The notes below the pieces were generated by a model, which was not told the DNA's origin, made no database searches, and worked only from the letters and a program-made list of their open reading frames with translations. The translations under genes and the position numbers were made by a program. From the NCBI GenBank assembly GCA_031366795.1, contig JANLOX010000124.1:1-58137 (forward strand): a stretch of DNA of 58,137 nucleotides. Direction: 5' to 3'. Each line of letters opens with the position of its first letter. Position 1 is the stretch's first letter. This document shows positions 48,402 to 56,859 of the stretch, one piece after another. The DNA comes from Candidatus Eiseniibacteriota bacterium (lineage in GTDB: Bacteria > Eisenbacteria > RBG-16-71-46).

Positions 48402-49569
48402 CTACCGCCCGGTTCTTGAAGTGGAGCACGATTTCCTCCCCGAGTCCCACAATATTACCGATGCCGACCACTGTGGCCCGCCCGTCAGCGATGCCGAGCA
48501 CATGCTCATAAACCCGCTCCGCCTCCATGCCGCCCAGATTGCTCAGCCGTGACTCGTCCAATCCGTAACGCGCCGCCTGGAAGGCAACAAGATCCGTTCC
48601 CAGGCCGGTCAGCACTGCGTGATCGACCGTCAGGCGTTTTGCGATCAACTCCGCGATTTGGCCCGAGCGCTGCAGCCGGTCGTCCCGGCAATTCGCGAGG
48701 ACGATGCGCTTCGCTCCCGGCTCCGGGTGCTCGAGGCCGAGCCGTTGCCAGATTAGCAGCGTCGAGTCGGGGTCGTTCGCGGCAAACGCGTTGACGAAGG
48801 TGACGGTATTGTGGCCGGACTTGACGGTATACCGTCGCAGCGCGCCCGGGTCGGGTGTCGCCGCATGCATGCCGCGCAATGCCGTGGCGCGGTCCACGCC
48901 GAGATGCGCGCACACCGCCAGTGCCAGCGAAACATTCTCGGCGTGCTCGAAATACGTGAATCCCGAGAGGTCTTCCGGGGTGACGCCTTCGTCGGTCGTG
49001 ACCTGTAGCGTGCTGCCGCGCTTGCGCGCCACTTCGGCCACGATATGGGCGCGTTCGCGCTCGGCGGTGAAGGCATGGCCCCGCACCGGCATCGTCTGCG
49101 CGAGGGCTCGCGCGGCGTCATCGACCGTGGGCCCCATGACATCCAGGTGGTCCGCGCGCACGTTGGTCAGTACGCCGACCGTGCTGCGAATCAAGCGCAA
49201 CTCCGAGATCGGCTGGAGCTCAGGCGCCACCGCCATGCACTCGATCACGAGCGCCTCGGCGCGAGCCTCGACGGCGCGCCGCACGATGCGTGTTTGCTCG
49301 ACCAGGTTGGGATGGCCGACGCGGTACACGTCGGTTTCAGAGCCGTCGGGGCGGATGATGCGCGCCATCGTGCCGGTCGTTTTCGCAAACGTGCGGATCC
49401 CCCCCTCGCGTAATCCGCCGGCAATCAGCCGGGTCACCGAGGACTTGCCCCGTGTGCCGTTGACGTGCACACGGATGGGGATCTGCAACAAGTTGCGCTG
49501 GTGGCGTCGCATCTCAACGACACCGTATAACGAAAGTCCAGCCGTCAGGATTGCGGGAACGATGGCCAT
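48391..49569 (-). CDS. pgsB: poly-gamma-glutamate synthase PgsB/CapB (Mur-ligase-like amide ligase)
   Basis: Start at MAIVPAIL (ATG 49569, N-terminal TM). P-loop VHVNGTRGKSSVTRLI, then AKTTGT. 392 aa, the same size class as Bacillus PgsB. Confidence 0.9.
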   Translation of the reverse strand: MAIVPAILTAGLSLYGVVEMRRHQRNLLQIPIRVHVNGTRGKSSVTRLIAGGLREGGIRTFAKTTGTMARIIRPDGSETDVYRVGHPNLVEQTRIVRRAVEARAEALVIECMAVAPELQPISELRLIRSTVGVLTNVRADHLDVMGPTVDDAARALAQTMPVRGHAFTAERERAHIVAEVARKRGSTLQVTTDEGVTPEDLSGFTYFEHAENVSLALAVCAHLGVDRATALRGMHAATPDPGALRRYTVKSGHNTVTFVNAFAANDPDSTLLIWQRLGLEHPEPGAKRIVLANCRDDRLQRSGQIAELIAKRLTVDHAVLTGLGTDLVAFQAARYGLDESRLSNLGGMEAERVYEHVLGIADGRATVVGIGNIVGLGEEIVLHFKNRAVDDD

Positions 49570-49576
49570 GGCGGCC

Positions 49577-51838
49577 TCACGGGCGGATGCGGACAAGACT
49601 CGCGGTGCGCGTTCCGAATGTGGTTTCCAACTGGACAAAAAACAGTCCGGGAGCCGTTGCATGCCCTCGGAGGTCCTTGCCGTCCCAGACCGCATCATGC
49701 GTCCCAGCCGTCAGGTTTGTCGAGTCGACGAGATTCCGCACGCGCGCGCCGTTCAGCGCGAACACCCCAACGCGAACACGCGTGCTTCCGGGCAGCGTGA
49801 AGCGCACGTGCGCTGGGCCCTGCGCCAGCGGATTGGGCCAGGCCGACAGCGCCAGCGACAGCGCATTGCTGGGCGATTGCGGAACCGACAGGGCCGTGTA
49901 GTAGCCGGACATTTCCGACACGCCAGCTTCCGTGCCCGCGTAGAGGATGCCGAGAGGGCCATCAATGGCGAGCGAGAATACGTTGAGGCTGGGCAATCCG
50001 GCCTGGGCGTAGACCGGCCACCACGAGGCGCCCCCATCGAGGCTCTCGAAGACGCCTGCGCCCCAGACGCCGCAGAACAACGCCGCAGGGTGGGAGGGAT
50101 CCTGGATCAGCGCCCGCACTGAAGCCGCCCCCGGCAACCCGGTCCGTGCAGGCACCCACGAGTCTCCCGCATTCAGGCTCTTGAAGACTCCTGAATCCGT
50201 TGCGGCGTACACCGTGAGCGGGGTGCTCGAGTCGACGACGATCGCGTGCACGAACAGACTGGCGAGGCCGCTGGTCTTCACGGCCCAACTGTTGCCGCCC
50301 GTGTCGGAGCGGTAAACGCCCGCCGAATCGGAGCCGGCAAACAAGCGCAATGGCGCGCCGGGGACCAGCGCCAGCGAACGCACGCTGAATGACGCCGGCA
50401 AACCGTTTGAAACCGGTGCCCACGTCGTCGCGCCGTCGCCTGATTCAAATACGCCGATGCCGGTACCCACGAACAGGTGACCGGAAACCCCGGGCATCGC
50501 GACGACTGGCCTCACGAACTTGTTCGTCAGCGTAAGACTCAGCGAATCCGGATTGTCCCAGGTGACGCCGCCGTCGCTGCTTCGATAGACACCACCACCA
50601 TAGAGAGACAAGTAAAGCGTGTTGGGCAACAAGGGGTCCAAGGCAATGCCGCGCTCGGAGTCGCGGGAAAACAGGAAGTTGGCGCGCTGCCAACTGACGC
50701 CCTGGGTCGTACTCCGCCAGAATTGGTCCCCGAATCCTGTGCCGTCGAATACCACGTGGTCGGCCGGCCGCACCGTGAGCGCGAATCCATAGGTCGCGAG
50801 CAACCCGCCATCGAGTTGAGTCCAGTGAGTATCCGGCGCCGTGGTCCGGAACAGTCCATCCCCGTCGGTTCCCGCGAGCACCGGGGCGCCCAGTACGGAC
50901 CCGAGCAGCGCATCGACGATCGAGGTTGAGGGCACACCGGCGTTCGCTGCATGCCAGATGGAATCGTTGAGCGAAGTAAAGTAGACACCCTGACCATCGG
51001 TCCCCAGGTAGCGAAGGGTATCGACGATCGCAATCGAACGCGATCGCAACGTGGGCAATCCACGATTGATGCGCGTCCAGCTGGTGCCTCCGTCCGCGCT
51101 CTTCAATACACCGCGGTCCAGCTCCGCGACGTAAATGCGGCTCGAGTTGAGCGGGTCGATGCGGATCTGCTCGGCGGCCCCGAGTGTCGCCGTGGTGTCG
51201 GGCACCTGGGTCCAGGTGAGGCCGCCGTTGAAACTGCGGTGCACACCGCCGCCGGTGCCCGTCGCAGCAAATAGCGTATCCGGCTTCGAGGGCAGCAGCT
51301 CCACATCGCGCACATTCGTATTGACCAGCCCGAGATTGATCGTGCTCCAGTTCTTGCCACCGTTGAGTGACTTGAAGATCCCTGCGCCATAGGTGGACGC
51401 ATAGATCACCGCGGTGCGAATGGGGTGAATCGTGATGGAGCGGACCGAACTCGTGCTGCTTCGGACCAGGGACCACGTCACGCCACCATCGACGCTCGAG
51501 TAAACGCCGTCGTTCGTTCCGCAGAAGAGCGAGTCCGGATGGTGGGGGTTCACAGCGAGCGAGCGCACGTAAGTGTTAACCAGCCCCGTGCGGTACGCCG
51601 TCCACGTAGATCCGTTGTCGAGCGATCGGTAGACACCGGCGCCGAAGGACGCCGCCCACATCCTGGATGGATTCAAGGGATCCCTGACCACGTCCTCGAT
51701 GCTCCTTGCGCGGGGGCCGGTTCCCGTCCAGACACGCGCGCCGGCCGAAGCGTGGCCGGCGAGCAATGCGGTCATGGCAACGACAGACAACAGGGCGACT
51801 GTGCATCGTATTGCCAGACGGACCAGCTTCGAATTCAA
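49577..51838 (-). CDS. secreted multi-blade BNR/sortilin-like beta-propeller protein with FlgD-Ig/T9SS-like C-terminal domain
   Basis: TTG 51838 lies 5 nt after GGAGG, and a signal peptide follows. Many S.D.G.TW repeats. The C-terminus (WPNPLAQGPAHVRFTLP...VGVFALNGARVRNLV...WDGKDLRGHATAPGLFFVQL) is typical of FlgD-Ig/T9SS sorting domains. Confidence 0.75.
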   Translation of the reverse strand: MNSKLVRLAIRCTVALLSVVAMTALLAGHASAGARVWTGTGPRARSIEDVVRDPLNPSRMWAASFGAGVYRSLDNGSTWTAYRTGLVNTYVRSLAVNPHHPDSLFCGTNDGVYSSVDGGVTWSLVRSSTSSVRSITIHPIRTAVIYASTYGAGIFKSLNGGKNWSTINLGLVNTNVRDVELLPSKPDTLFAATGTGGGVHRSFNGGLTWTQVPDTTATLGAAEQIRIDPLNSSRIYVAELDRGVLKSADGGTSWTRINRGLPTLRSRSIAIVDTLRYLGTDGQGVYFTSLNDSIWHAANAGVPSTSIVDALLGSVLGAPVLAGTDGDGLFRTTAPDTHWTQLDGGLLATYGFALTVRPADHVVFDGTGFGDQFWRSTTQGVSWQRANFLFSRDSERGIALDPLLPNTLYLSLYGGGVYRSSDGGVTWDNPDSLSLTLTNKFVRPVVAMPGVSGHLFVGTGIGVFESGDGATTWAPVSNGLPASFSVRSLALVPGAPLRLFAGSDSAGVYRSDTGGNSWAVKTSGLASLFVHAIVVDSSTPLTVYAATDSGVFKSLNAGDSWVPARTGLPGAASVRALIQDPSHPAALFCGVWGAGVFESLDGGASWWPVYAQAGLPSLNVFSLAIDGPLGILYAGTEAGVSEMSGYYTALSVPQSPSNALSLALSAWPNPLAQGPAHVRFTLPGSTRVRVGVFALNGARVRNLVDSTNLTAGTHDAVWDGKDLRGHATAPGLFFVQLETTFGTRTASLVRIRP

Positions 51839-52086
51839 CGGAGCCTCCAGCGGCGAGTTCAGCGCGAGTTGGCAAACCGAGGGCGTGAGGGGCGATCCAT
51901 GCCGGGATGGGGCGGCGCGAATGGCAGTGCTGCGCCGAAGGGGACACAACGGTATCACACTCAAGGGGTAAGGCCTTTTACGCGATTCATTACGGGTGAA
52001 TCTCCTGACCTTCCCCTGGCCCACAGGAGGCGGGGCGGGCCCGCCAGACAGGTACGACTTTGTGTTGCCGGAATGGTGATATGCAA

Positions 52087-52677
52087 CTACCCGAGTGCGG
52101 AGCGCATGGCCGCCACGAAGGCCGCGAAGCGAGGGGTCGCAAAGCGGCGTCCGTCGCGTTTCAAGGAGGCGAAGAACGAAGCCCTGAGCCCCCGCGACAG
52201 CTCCACTTGGACCCCTCGACCCGAACGTGCACGGTTACAGATGTTGGCAGGATCCATGCCGGTCCATTGCGGGTGCACATTGACCGTTGTTACCGCCGCC
52301 AGCGCACGGGAGATTCGATCCGCAAACCCGGAATCGAGACCGCCCATAAATGCGCATTGAGGCTCCGAGGACTCGCCGTGGAGTGCCAGAACCTGATCGG
52401 CTCCTGCCAGCAGTGCGAGGCAGTGAGGATCATCGAACCGGGTACTAGTAATGTGCAGGGAGTTGCTTCCAGAGGATCGTAACCCCTCGAATACATAGAG
52501 CGAGTGATCGCTCCCCGCCACAGCGTCCGCCAATTCGGAGGTGCCGGGCTCAATCCCCCCCCCATGCGGAGCAATCACCACCAGCCCCGAGGTCCCCTTT
52601 CGCCAGCGGACCCGGAAGTCGCGCCCTTCGGTGGTGTTTGCCACCAGCTCGGCGAAGTTTGTGTATCGGTCGGGCAT
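52087..52677 (-). CDS. poly-gamma-glutamate hydrolase family protein (PghP/DUF867-like)
   Basis: Start at MPDRYTNF. APHGGGIEPGTSELA, LYVFEGLRSSGSNSLHITSTRFDDP and DPANICNRARSGRGVQVE align with phage PghP and Bacillus YjqB-type motifs as I recall them. No signal peptide. Confidence 0.8.
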   Translation of the reverse strand: MPDRYTNFAELVANTTEGRDFRVRWRKGTSGLVVIAPHGGGIEPGTSELADAVAGSDHSLYVFEGLRSSGSNSLHITSTRFDDPHCLALLAGADQVLALHGESSEPQCAFMGGLDSGFADRISRALAAVTTVNVHPQWTGMDPANICNRARSGRGVQVELSRGLRASFFASLKRDGRRFATPRFAAFVAAMRSALG

Positions 52678-53145
52678 CAGGCCCTTAAGGGCGCGCGAGG
52701 GTGAGCGGAGCGTGGACGCTGATTCTAGGATGGTCCCAAAGCAATTTAATCGCAAGCCTTTACGGGAGATTCCCCTAGCGCCGCGGCGGACTGCACGAAT
52801 TCTTGCCTCACCGTGTCGCAAGATGCGCACTCCTTTGACGAAATCCAGCATCCCAATGGCGGGTCTAAAAACCCCTTGGCTTCTGCTTCAGACGTTGCGA
52901 CAATTGCTTAGGCGTTTGGTGAGTGCGGTTGCCTGTTGAGGTATGGGAATTGCGTTCCTCAAGCGTGGACGGCGGTTACTGGGTAACCACCGCCCGGAAG
53001 TTTTTCAAGAGCCTGCGCTCGTCCAGGTAAAGACCAGGGTCACAAGCAGACCCCCGGACACGGAGGGCGGAGGGGAAGGATTAGGCACCAAGCGCCAGAG
53101 GCCTCCTCTCTCTCTTGAATCAAATGGCTTCCGATGTGACGGATT

Positions 53146-53175
53146 CGCCCGGTTCATGGCCGGGCGCTTTCGTTT
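53146..53175 (+). terminator. terminator-like hairpin inside the pghP/nadE intergenic region
   Basis: CGCCCGG-(7 nt)-CCGGGCG, then CTTTCGTTT. Lies about 120 nt upstream of the nadE ATG. Confidence 0.4.
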
Positions 53176-53293
53176 GGTGGCGAACGCGTTGCGGCCGTCG
53201 GGGGAAGCCCGCGGCCGTGACGGCCTCGCTCGCGACGCCACCCCAGGCCCGCCGTTTGCCAGTCCGGCGTTTGGGCCCCAATATCCGCTGTCC

Positions 53294-55048
53294 ATGCGCC
53301 TGCTCAGGATCGGCCTCGCCCAGATCAATGCCACCGTCGGAGACGTCGCCGGCAACGCCGCGCGCATCGCCGAGCGCATCGCCGTAGCGCGGGGCATGGG
53401 GGTCGACGTGCTGGCCTTCCCCGAGATGGCGATCACCGGCTACCCGCCTGAAGACCTGCTGCTCAAGCCCTCGTTCATCGAGAGCGCCATCGAGGCGACG
53501 CGCCGGCTCGCGGAACTTACCTCCGGAATCACCGTCGTGGTGGGCACCGTGGACCGCGACTTCGACCTTTATGACGCCGCGGCCGTGCTGCACGACGGTG
53601 AATGGGCGGGCACCTACCGCAAGCGTTTCCTGCCGAACTATGGCGTGTTCGACGAGAACCGCTACTTCATGCCCGGCAGCAAGAGCCCAGTGTTCGTGCG
53701 TGGTGCCACGGTGATCGGCGTGAATGTGTGCGAGGACATTTGGTACCCGGGTGGCCCGGTCGAGGAGCAGGTGCTGCGCGGCGGCGCCGAGGTGATCGTC
53801 AACGTGTCGGCCTCGCCCTACCACGCCGGCAAGGCCCTGACCCGCAAGCGCATGCTGTGCACGCGCGCGGCGGATAACGTCGCGATCGTCTGCTACGTGA
53901 ATTTGGTCGGTGCGCAGGACGAGATCGTTTACGACGGCGGCAGCGTCATCGTCGACGAGCAGGGCAATGTGCTCGCCGAGGGCCGTATGTTCGAGGAAGA
54001 CCTGGTGCTCGCGGACGTCGATCTCGAGGCGGTGTTCAGCGCGCGCCTGCACGACCCCCGATTGCGCAAGGGCAGGGCGCTCGATGGCGGCGAGGCGGCG
54101 CCCCGCATCGAACTGCGCACTCCGGCCGCAGCGACGACACCCGCCGCGACGATACCCGCGGTGGCGAAGCCTGCACTGCCGCTGCCGGTGGCGCTCGATA
54201 CTCCCGGGCTCGACGAAGAGGTCTACCAGGCCCTGATCGTCGGGACGCGTGACTACGCGGCCAAGAACGGCTTCAAGACCGTGGTGCTGGGCATGTCGGG
54301 CGGCGTCGATTCCGCGCTCACCGCCTGCATCGCCGTGGATGCCGTGGGTGCGGCGAACGTCGTCGCCGTGATGATGCCCACGCGCTACACCTCGAAGATC
54401 TCGCTCGAAGACGCCGAGGCGTGCTCGAAGGCGCTGGGCATCCGCTACCAGGTCATTCCCATCGACGATGTGTTCGACGCCCAGCTCGCGGCGTTGAAGC
54501 CCGCGTTCGAGGGCACCGCCGTGGGCAGCGCGGAGGAAAATCTCCAGGCGCGCATTCGCGGCAACACGCTGATGGCGTTGTCGAACAAGTTCGGCTGGCT
54601 GGTGCTCACCACCGGCAACAAGAGCGAGACCTCGGTGGGCTACAGCACACTGTACGGTGACACCGCGGGCGGCTTCGCGGTGCTCAAGGACGTGTACAAG
54701 ACGCAGGTCTACCCGCTGGCGCGGTTACGCAACGAGCGCGGCGTGGTGATTCCTGAGCGCATCCTGACGCGGCCGCCGAGCGCCGAGCTCAAGCCGGACC
54801 AGACGGACCAGGACACGCTGCCGCCGTACGAGGTGCTCGATCCGATCCTGCGCTTCTACGTCGAGGAAGACCGCTCCAGCAGCGAGATCGCCGAGCTGGG
54901 CTTCGACTTAGGCCTGGTCCATCGCGTGCTGCACATGGTGGATCTCGCCGAGTACAAGCGCCGCCAGACGCCGCCCGGCGTCAAGATCTCGCCGCGCGCG
55001 TTCGGCAAGGACCGCCGGCTGCCGATCACGAACCGCTGGTCGGACTAG
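53294..55048 (+). CDS. nadE: glutamine-dependent NAD+ synthetase (CN-hydrolase plus NAD synthase domains)
   Basis: Start at MRLLRIGLAQIN. Nitrilase-type domain (FPEMAITGY, VCEDIW). ATP-PPase SGGVDS motif (MSGGVDSAL). Confidence 0.9.
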   Translation: MRLLRIGLAQINATVGDVAGNAARIAERIAVARGMGVDVLAFPEMAITGYPPEDLLLKPSFIESAIEATRRLAELTSGITVVVGTVDRDFDLYDAAAVLHDGEWAGTYRKRFLPNYGVFDENRYFMPGSKSPVFVRGATVIGVNVCEDIWYPGGPVEEQVLRGGAEVIVNVSASPYHAGKALTRKRMLCTRAADNVAIVCYVNLVGAQDEIVYDGGSVIVDEQGNVLAEGRMFEEDLVLADVDLEAVFSARLHDPRLRKGRALDGGEAAPRIELRTPAAATTPAATIPAVAKPALPLPVALDTPGLDEEVYQALIVGTRDYAAKNGFKTVVLGMSGGVDSALTACIAVDAVGAANVVAVMMPTRYTSKISLEDAEACSKALGIRYQVIPIDDVFDAQLAALKPAFEGTAVGSAEENLQARIRGNTLMALSNKFGWLVLTTGNKSETSVGYSTLYGDTAGGFAVLKDVYKTQVYPLARLRNERGVVIPERILTRPPSAELKPDQTDQDTLPPYEVLDPILRFYVEEDRSSSEIAELGFDLGLVHRVLHMVDLAEYKRRQTPPGVKISPRAFGKDRRLPITNRWSD

Positions 55049-55229
55049 CCCGGACTCGAGTTCACCACGAGGCGTAACGTTCAATTCGACCGCGGTCTGC
55101 GTCGTGTGAACAGCTACCAGGCGCGGTGCTTTGCATTGACACTGCCGCGATCGGCTCCGTAGGCTCCCGCAGTCTTCACCCGTCGCGCGCTCAGCGCTCG
55201 ACATGCTCATTCCACGGAGGGATCCGCCC

Positions 55230-55271
55230 ATGCTGTCGCGCATGCTGTCGCGCATGCTGTCGCGCATGCTT
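55230..55271 (+). repeat. 12-bp tandem repeat (ATGCTGTCGCGC x3.5) at the start codon
   Basis: Direct reading: atgctgtcgcgc atgctgtcgcgc atgctgtcgcgc atgctt. This gives MLSR-MLSR-MLSR-ML. Confidence 0.95.
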
Positions 55272-56165
55272 CGAACCGTCATGGCTGCTGGCGCGCTCAC
55301 ACTGGCGCTCGCGGCCCCCAGTTACGCCCAGTTGTCCGCGAATCTCGGCGCGCTGACGCCGGATAACGTGAAGGGCTACCTGGACCCGTTGCCGAAGGCG
55401 CTCTCCTCCACGCTCAACATGGCCGAATTCACCTCGGCCAAGATCCCCCTCGCGGGCTTCAACCTGACGGTGGGGATCGAGGCCATGGGCGTCACGTTCG
55501 CCGACAAGGACCGCACGTACTCGCCCAAGGATCCGTCGGGCTTCACCAGCACCGCCTCCGTGGCGGCTCCGACCGTGATCGGCGATGTCCTGTCCGTGCA
55601 GCAGCCGGGCCAGGGCGGCACGACACTGTTTCACCCCGGCGGCTTCGACATCTCGCAGTTCGTGATCGCGGTGCCCCAGGTTTCGATCGGCTCGGTCATG
55701 GGCACGCGCGCTGTGCTGCGCTGGGTCCAGTTCGACGCCGGCAACTCCGAACTCGGCAAGATCAAGCTGCTCGGCATCGGTGTGCAGCACTCGCTGAACC
55801 GCTACATCCAAGGGTTGCCCTTCGATGTCGCGGCGGGGGCGATGTACCAGACCTTTAGCCTGGGCAACGACAAGCTGATCGACACCAAGGCCATGCATGG
55901 TGAGATCACCGCGAGCAAGAAGGTCGGCCTGTTCTTCCAGCCGTACGTGGGCGTCGGTTACGACACGTTCAAGATGGAGGTCAACTACGACCAGACCGTC
56001 GGGGGTTCGAACCAGTCCCTCAACGTGATGTTCGACGACCAGAACTCATTCCATGGCACGGTGGGTCTGCTGCTCGGATTCCCCATGGTCAAGCTGCATG
56101 CACAGGTCGATCAAGGGGCCGAGACGGGCGCCGCGATAGGGCTCCGCTTCGGGCTCGGGAACTAG
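55230..56165 (+). CDS. putative outer-membrane beta-barrel protein
   Basis: GGAGGG lies 8 nt upstream of ATG 55230. Signal peptide ends AAPSYAQ. Strand-like alternation, with C-terminus ...GAAIGLRFGLGN. The ORF track starts at 55203. Confidence 0.55.
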   Translation: MLSRMLSRMLSRMLRTVMAAGALTLALAAPSYAQLSANLGALTPDNVKGYLDPLPKALSSTLNMAEFTSAKIPLAGFNLTVGIEAMGVTFADKDRTYSPKDPSGFTSTASVAAPTVIGDVLSVQQPGQGGTTLFHPGGFDISQFVIAVPQVSIGSVMGTRAVLRWVQFDAGNSELGKIKLLGIGVQHSLNRYIQGLPFDVAAGAMYQTFSLGNDKLIDTKAMHGEITASKKVGLFFQPYVGVGYDTFKMEVNYDQTVGGSNQSLNVMFDDQNSFHGTVGLLLGFPMVKLHAQVDQGAETGAAIGLRFGLGN

Positions 56166-56174
56166 GAGATCGCC

Positions 56175-56804
56175 ATGAAAATGCGCCATATCATTCCACT
56201 CGCTCTCGTCGCCTTCGCCGGCCTGTCGCTTGGCGCCGGCTGCCCGACCGTGCCGAAGATCGAAGACCGTGTTGTTGAACTGGCGTTGGGTGCCTCGACC
56301 ACCGTCAGCATTCCCGCCGCCGGTGTGGTCAACGTCTACAACCAGGATGCCCCGTACGATCTCGCACTCGACTTCAATCTCAACAAGACTCTGAGCGACG
56401 CGGGTGTCGATCTTGCCGACGCCAAGGACATCAAGCTATCGGGCATCTCATACCGAGTCACCGTGCCCGACCCGAATTCAGGGCGCACGATCACGGGCGC
56501 CACGGTCAGGGCGCAGCGCCCCCCGGGCACGTCGCAGCTGCTGATCTCCAGCTTCAGCCAGAACGTCGACACCGTTTCGGGTTGGACGAAGGCGCCGCTG
56601 GATTCCGCCGGGGTGACAGTGATCAACGGGCTGCTCACGGACATGCTCGCTTCCGCCAAGTCCGGGACGCCCGTGGCAAACTCGCTCATCAACTACCACG
56701 TGAACGGCATCAGCACCCCAACAGGACTCTCGACCAGTTTCACCTGGGAGATCCGTTTCGACCTCACGATCGTCGGCTCGATCAAGGTGAAGGTGCTGAA
56801 CTAG
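56175..56804 (+). CDS. lipoprotein, hypothetical
   Basis: Starts 9 nt after the preceding stop, with GGAGA upstream. Lipobox LGAGC. Confidence 0.65.
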   Translation: MKMRHIIPLALVAFAGLSLGAGCPTVPKIEDRVVELALGASTTVSIPAAGVVNVYNQDAPYDLALDFNLNKTLSDAGVDLADAKDIKLSGISYRVTVPDPNSGRTITGATVRAQRPPGTSQLLISSFSQNVDTVSGWTKAPLDSAGVTVINGLLTDMLASAKSGTPVANSLINYHVNGISTPTGLSTSFTWEIRFDLTIVGSIKVKVLN

Positions 56805-56859
56805 CATCACGCCACAGCAGTCGTTCGTGCGCGGCGGTGTCCCTGCTCGGACGCCGCCG

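Noticed and set aside
53020-53090. CCAGG...AAGCAG...CCGGA motifs, checked as a possible SRP (4.5S) RNA domain IV
   Set aside because: Motif order and spacing do not match the conserved GGAAGGAAGCAG / asymmetric-loop arrangement on either strand.
53120-54052. 310-aa minus-strand ORF (and similar long antisense ORFs at 23938..25098, 13167..14096, 29078..29932, 33339..34667 and 17045..17689)
   Set aside because: All lie opposite genes with strong motif support and have Arg/His/Asp/Gly-rich shadow-frame composition.
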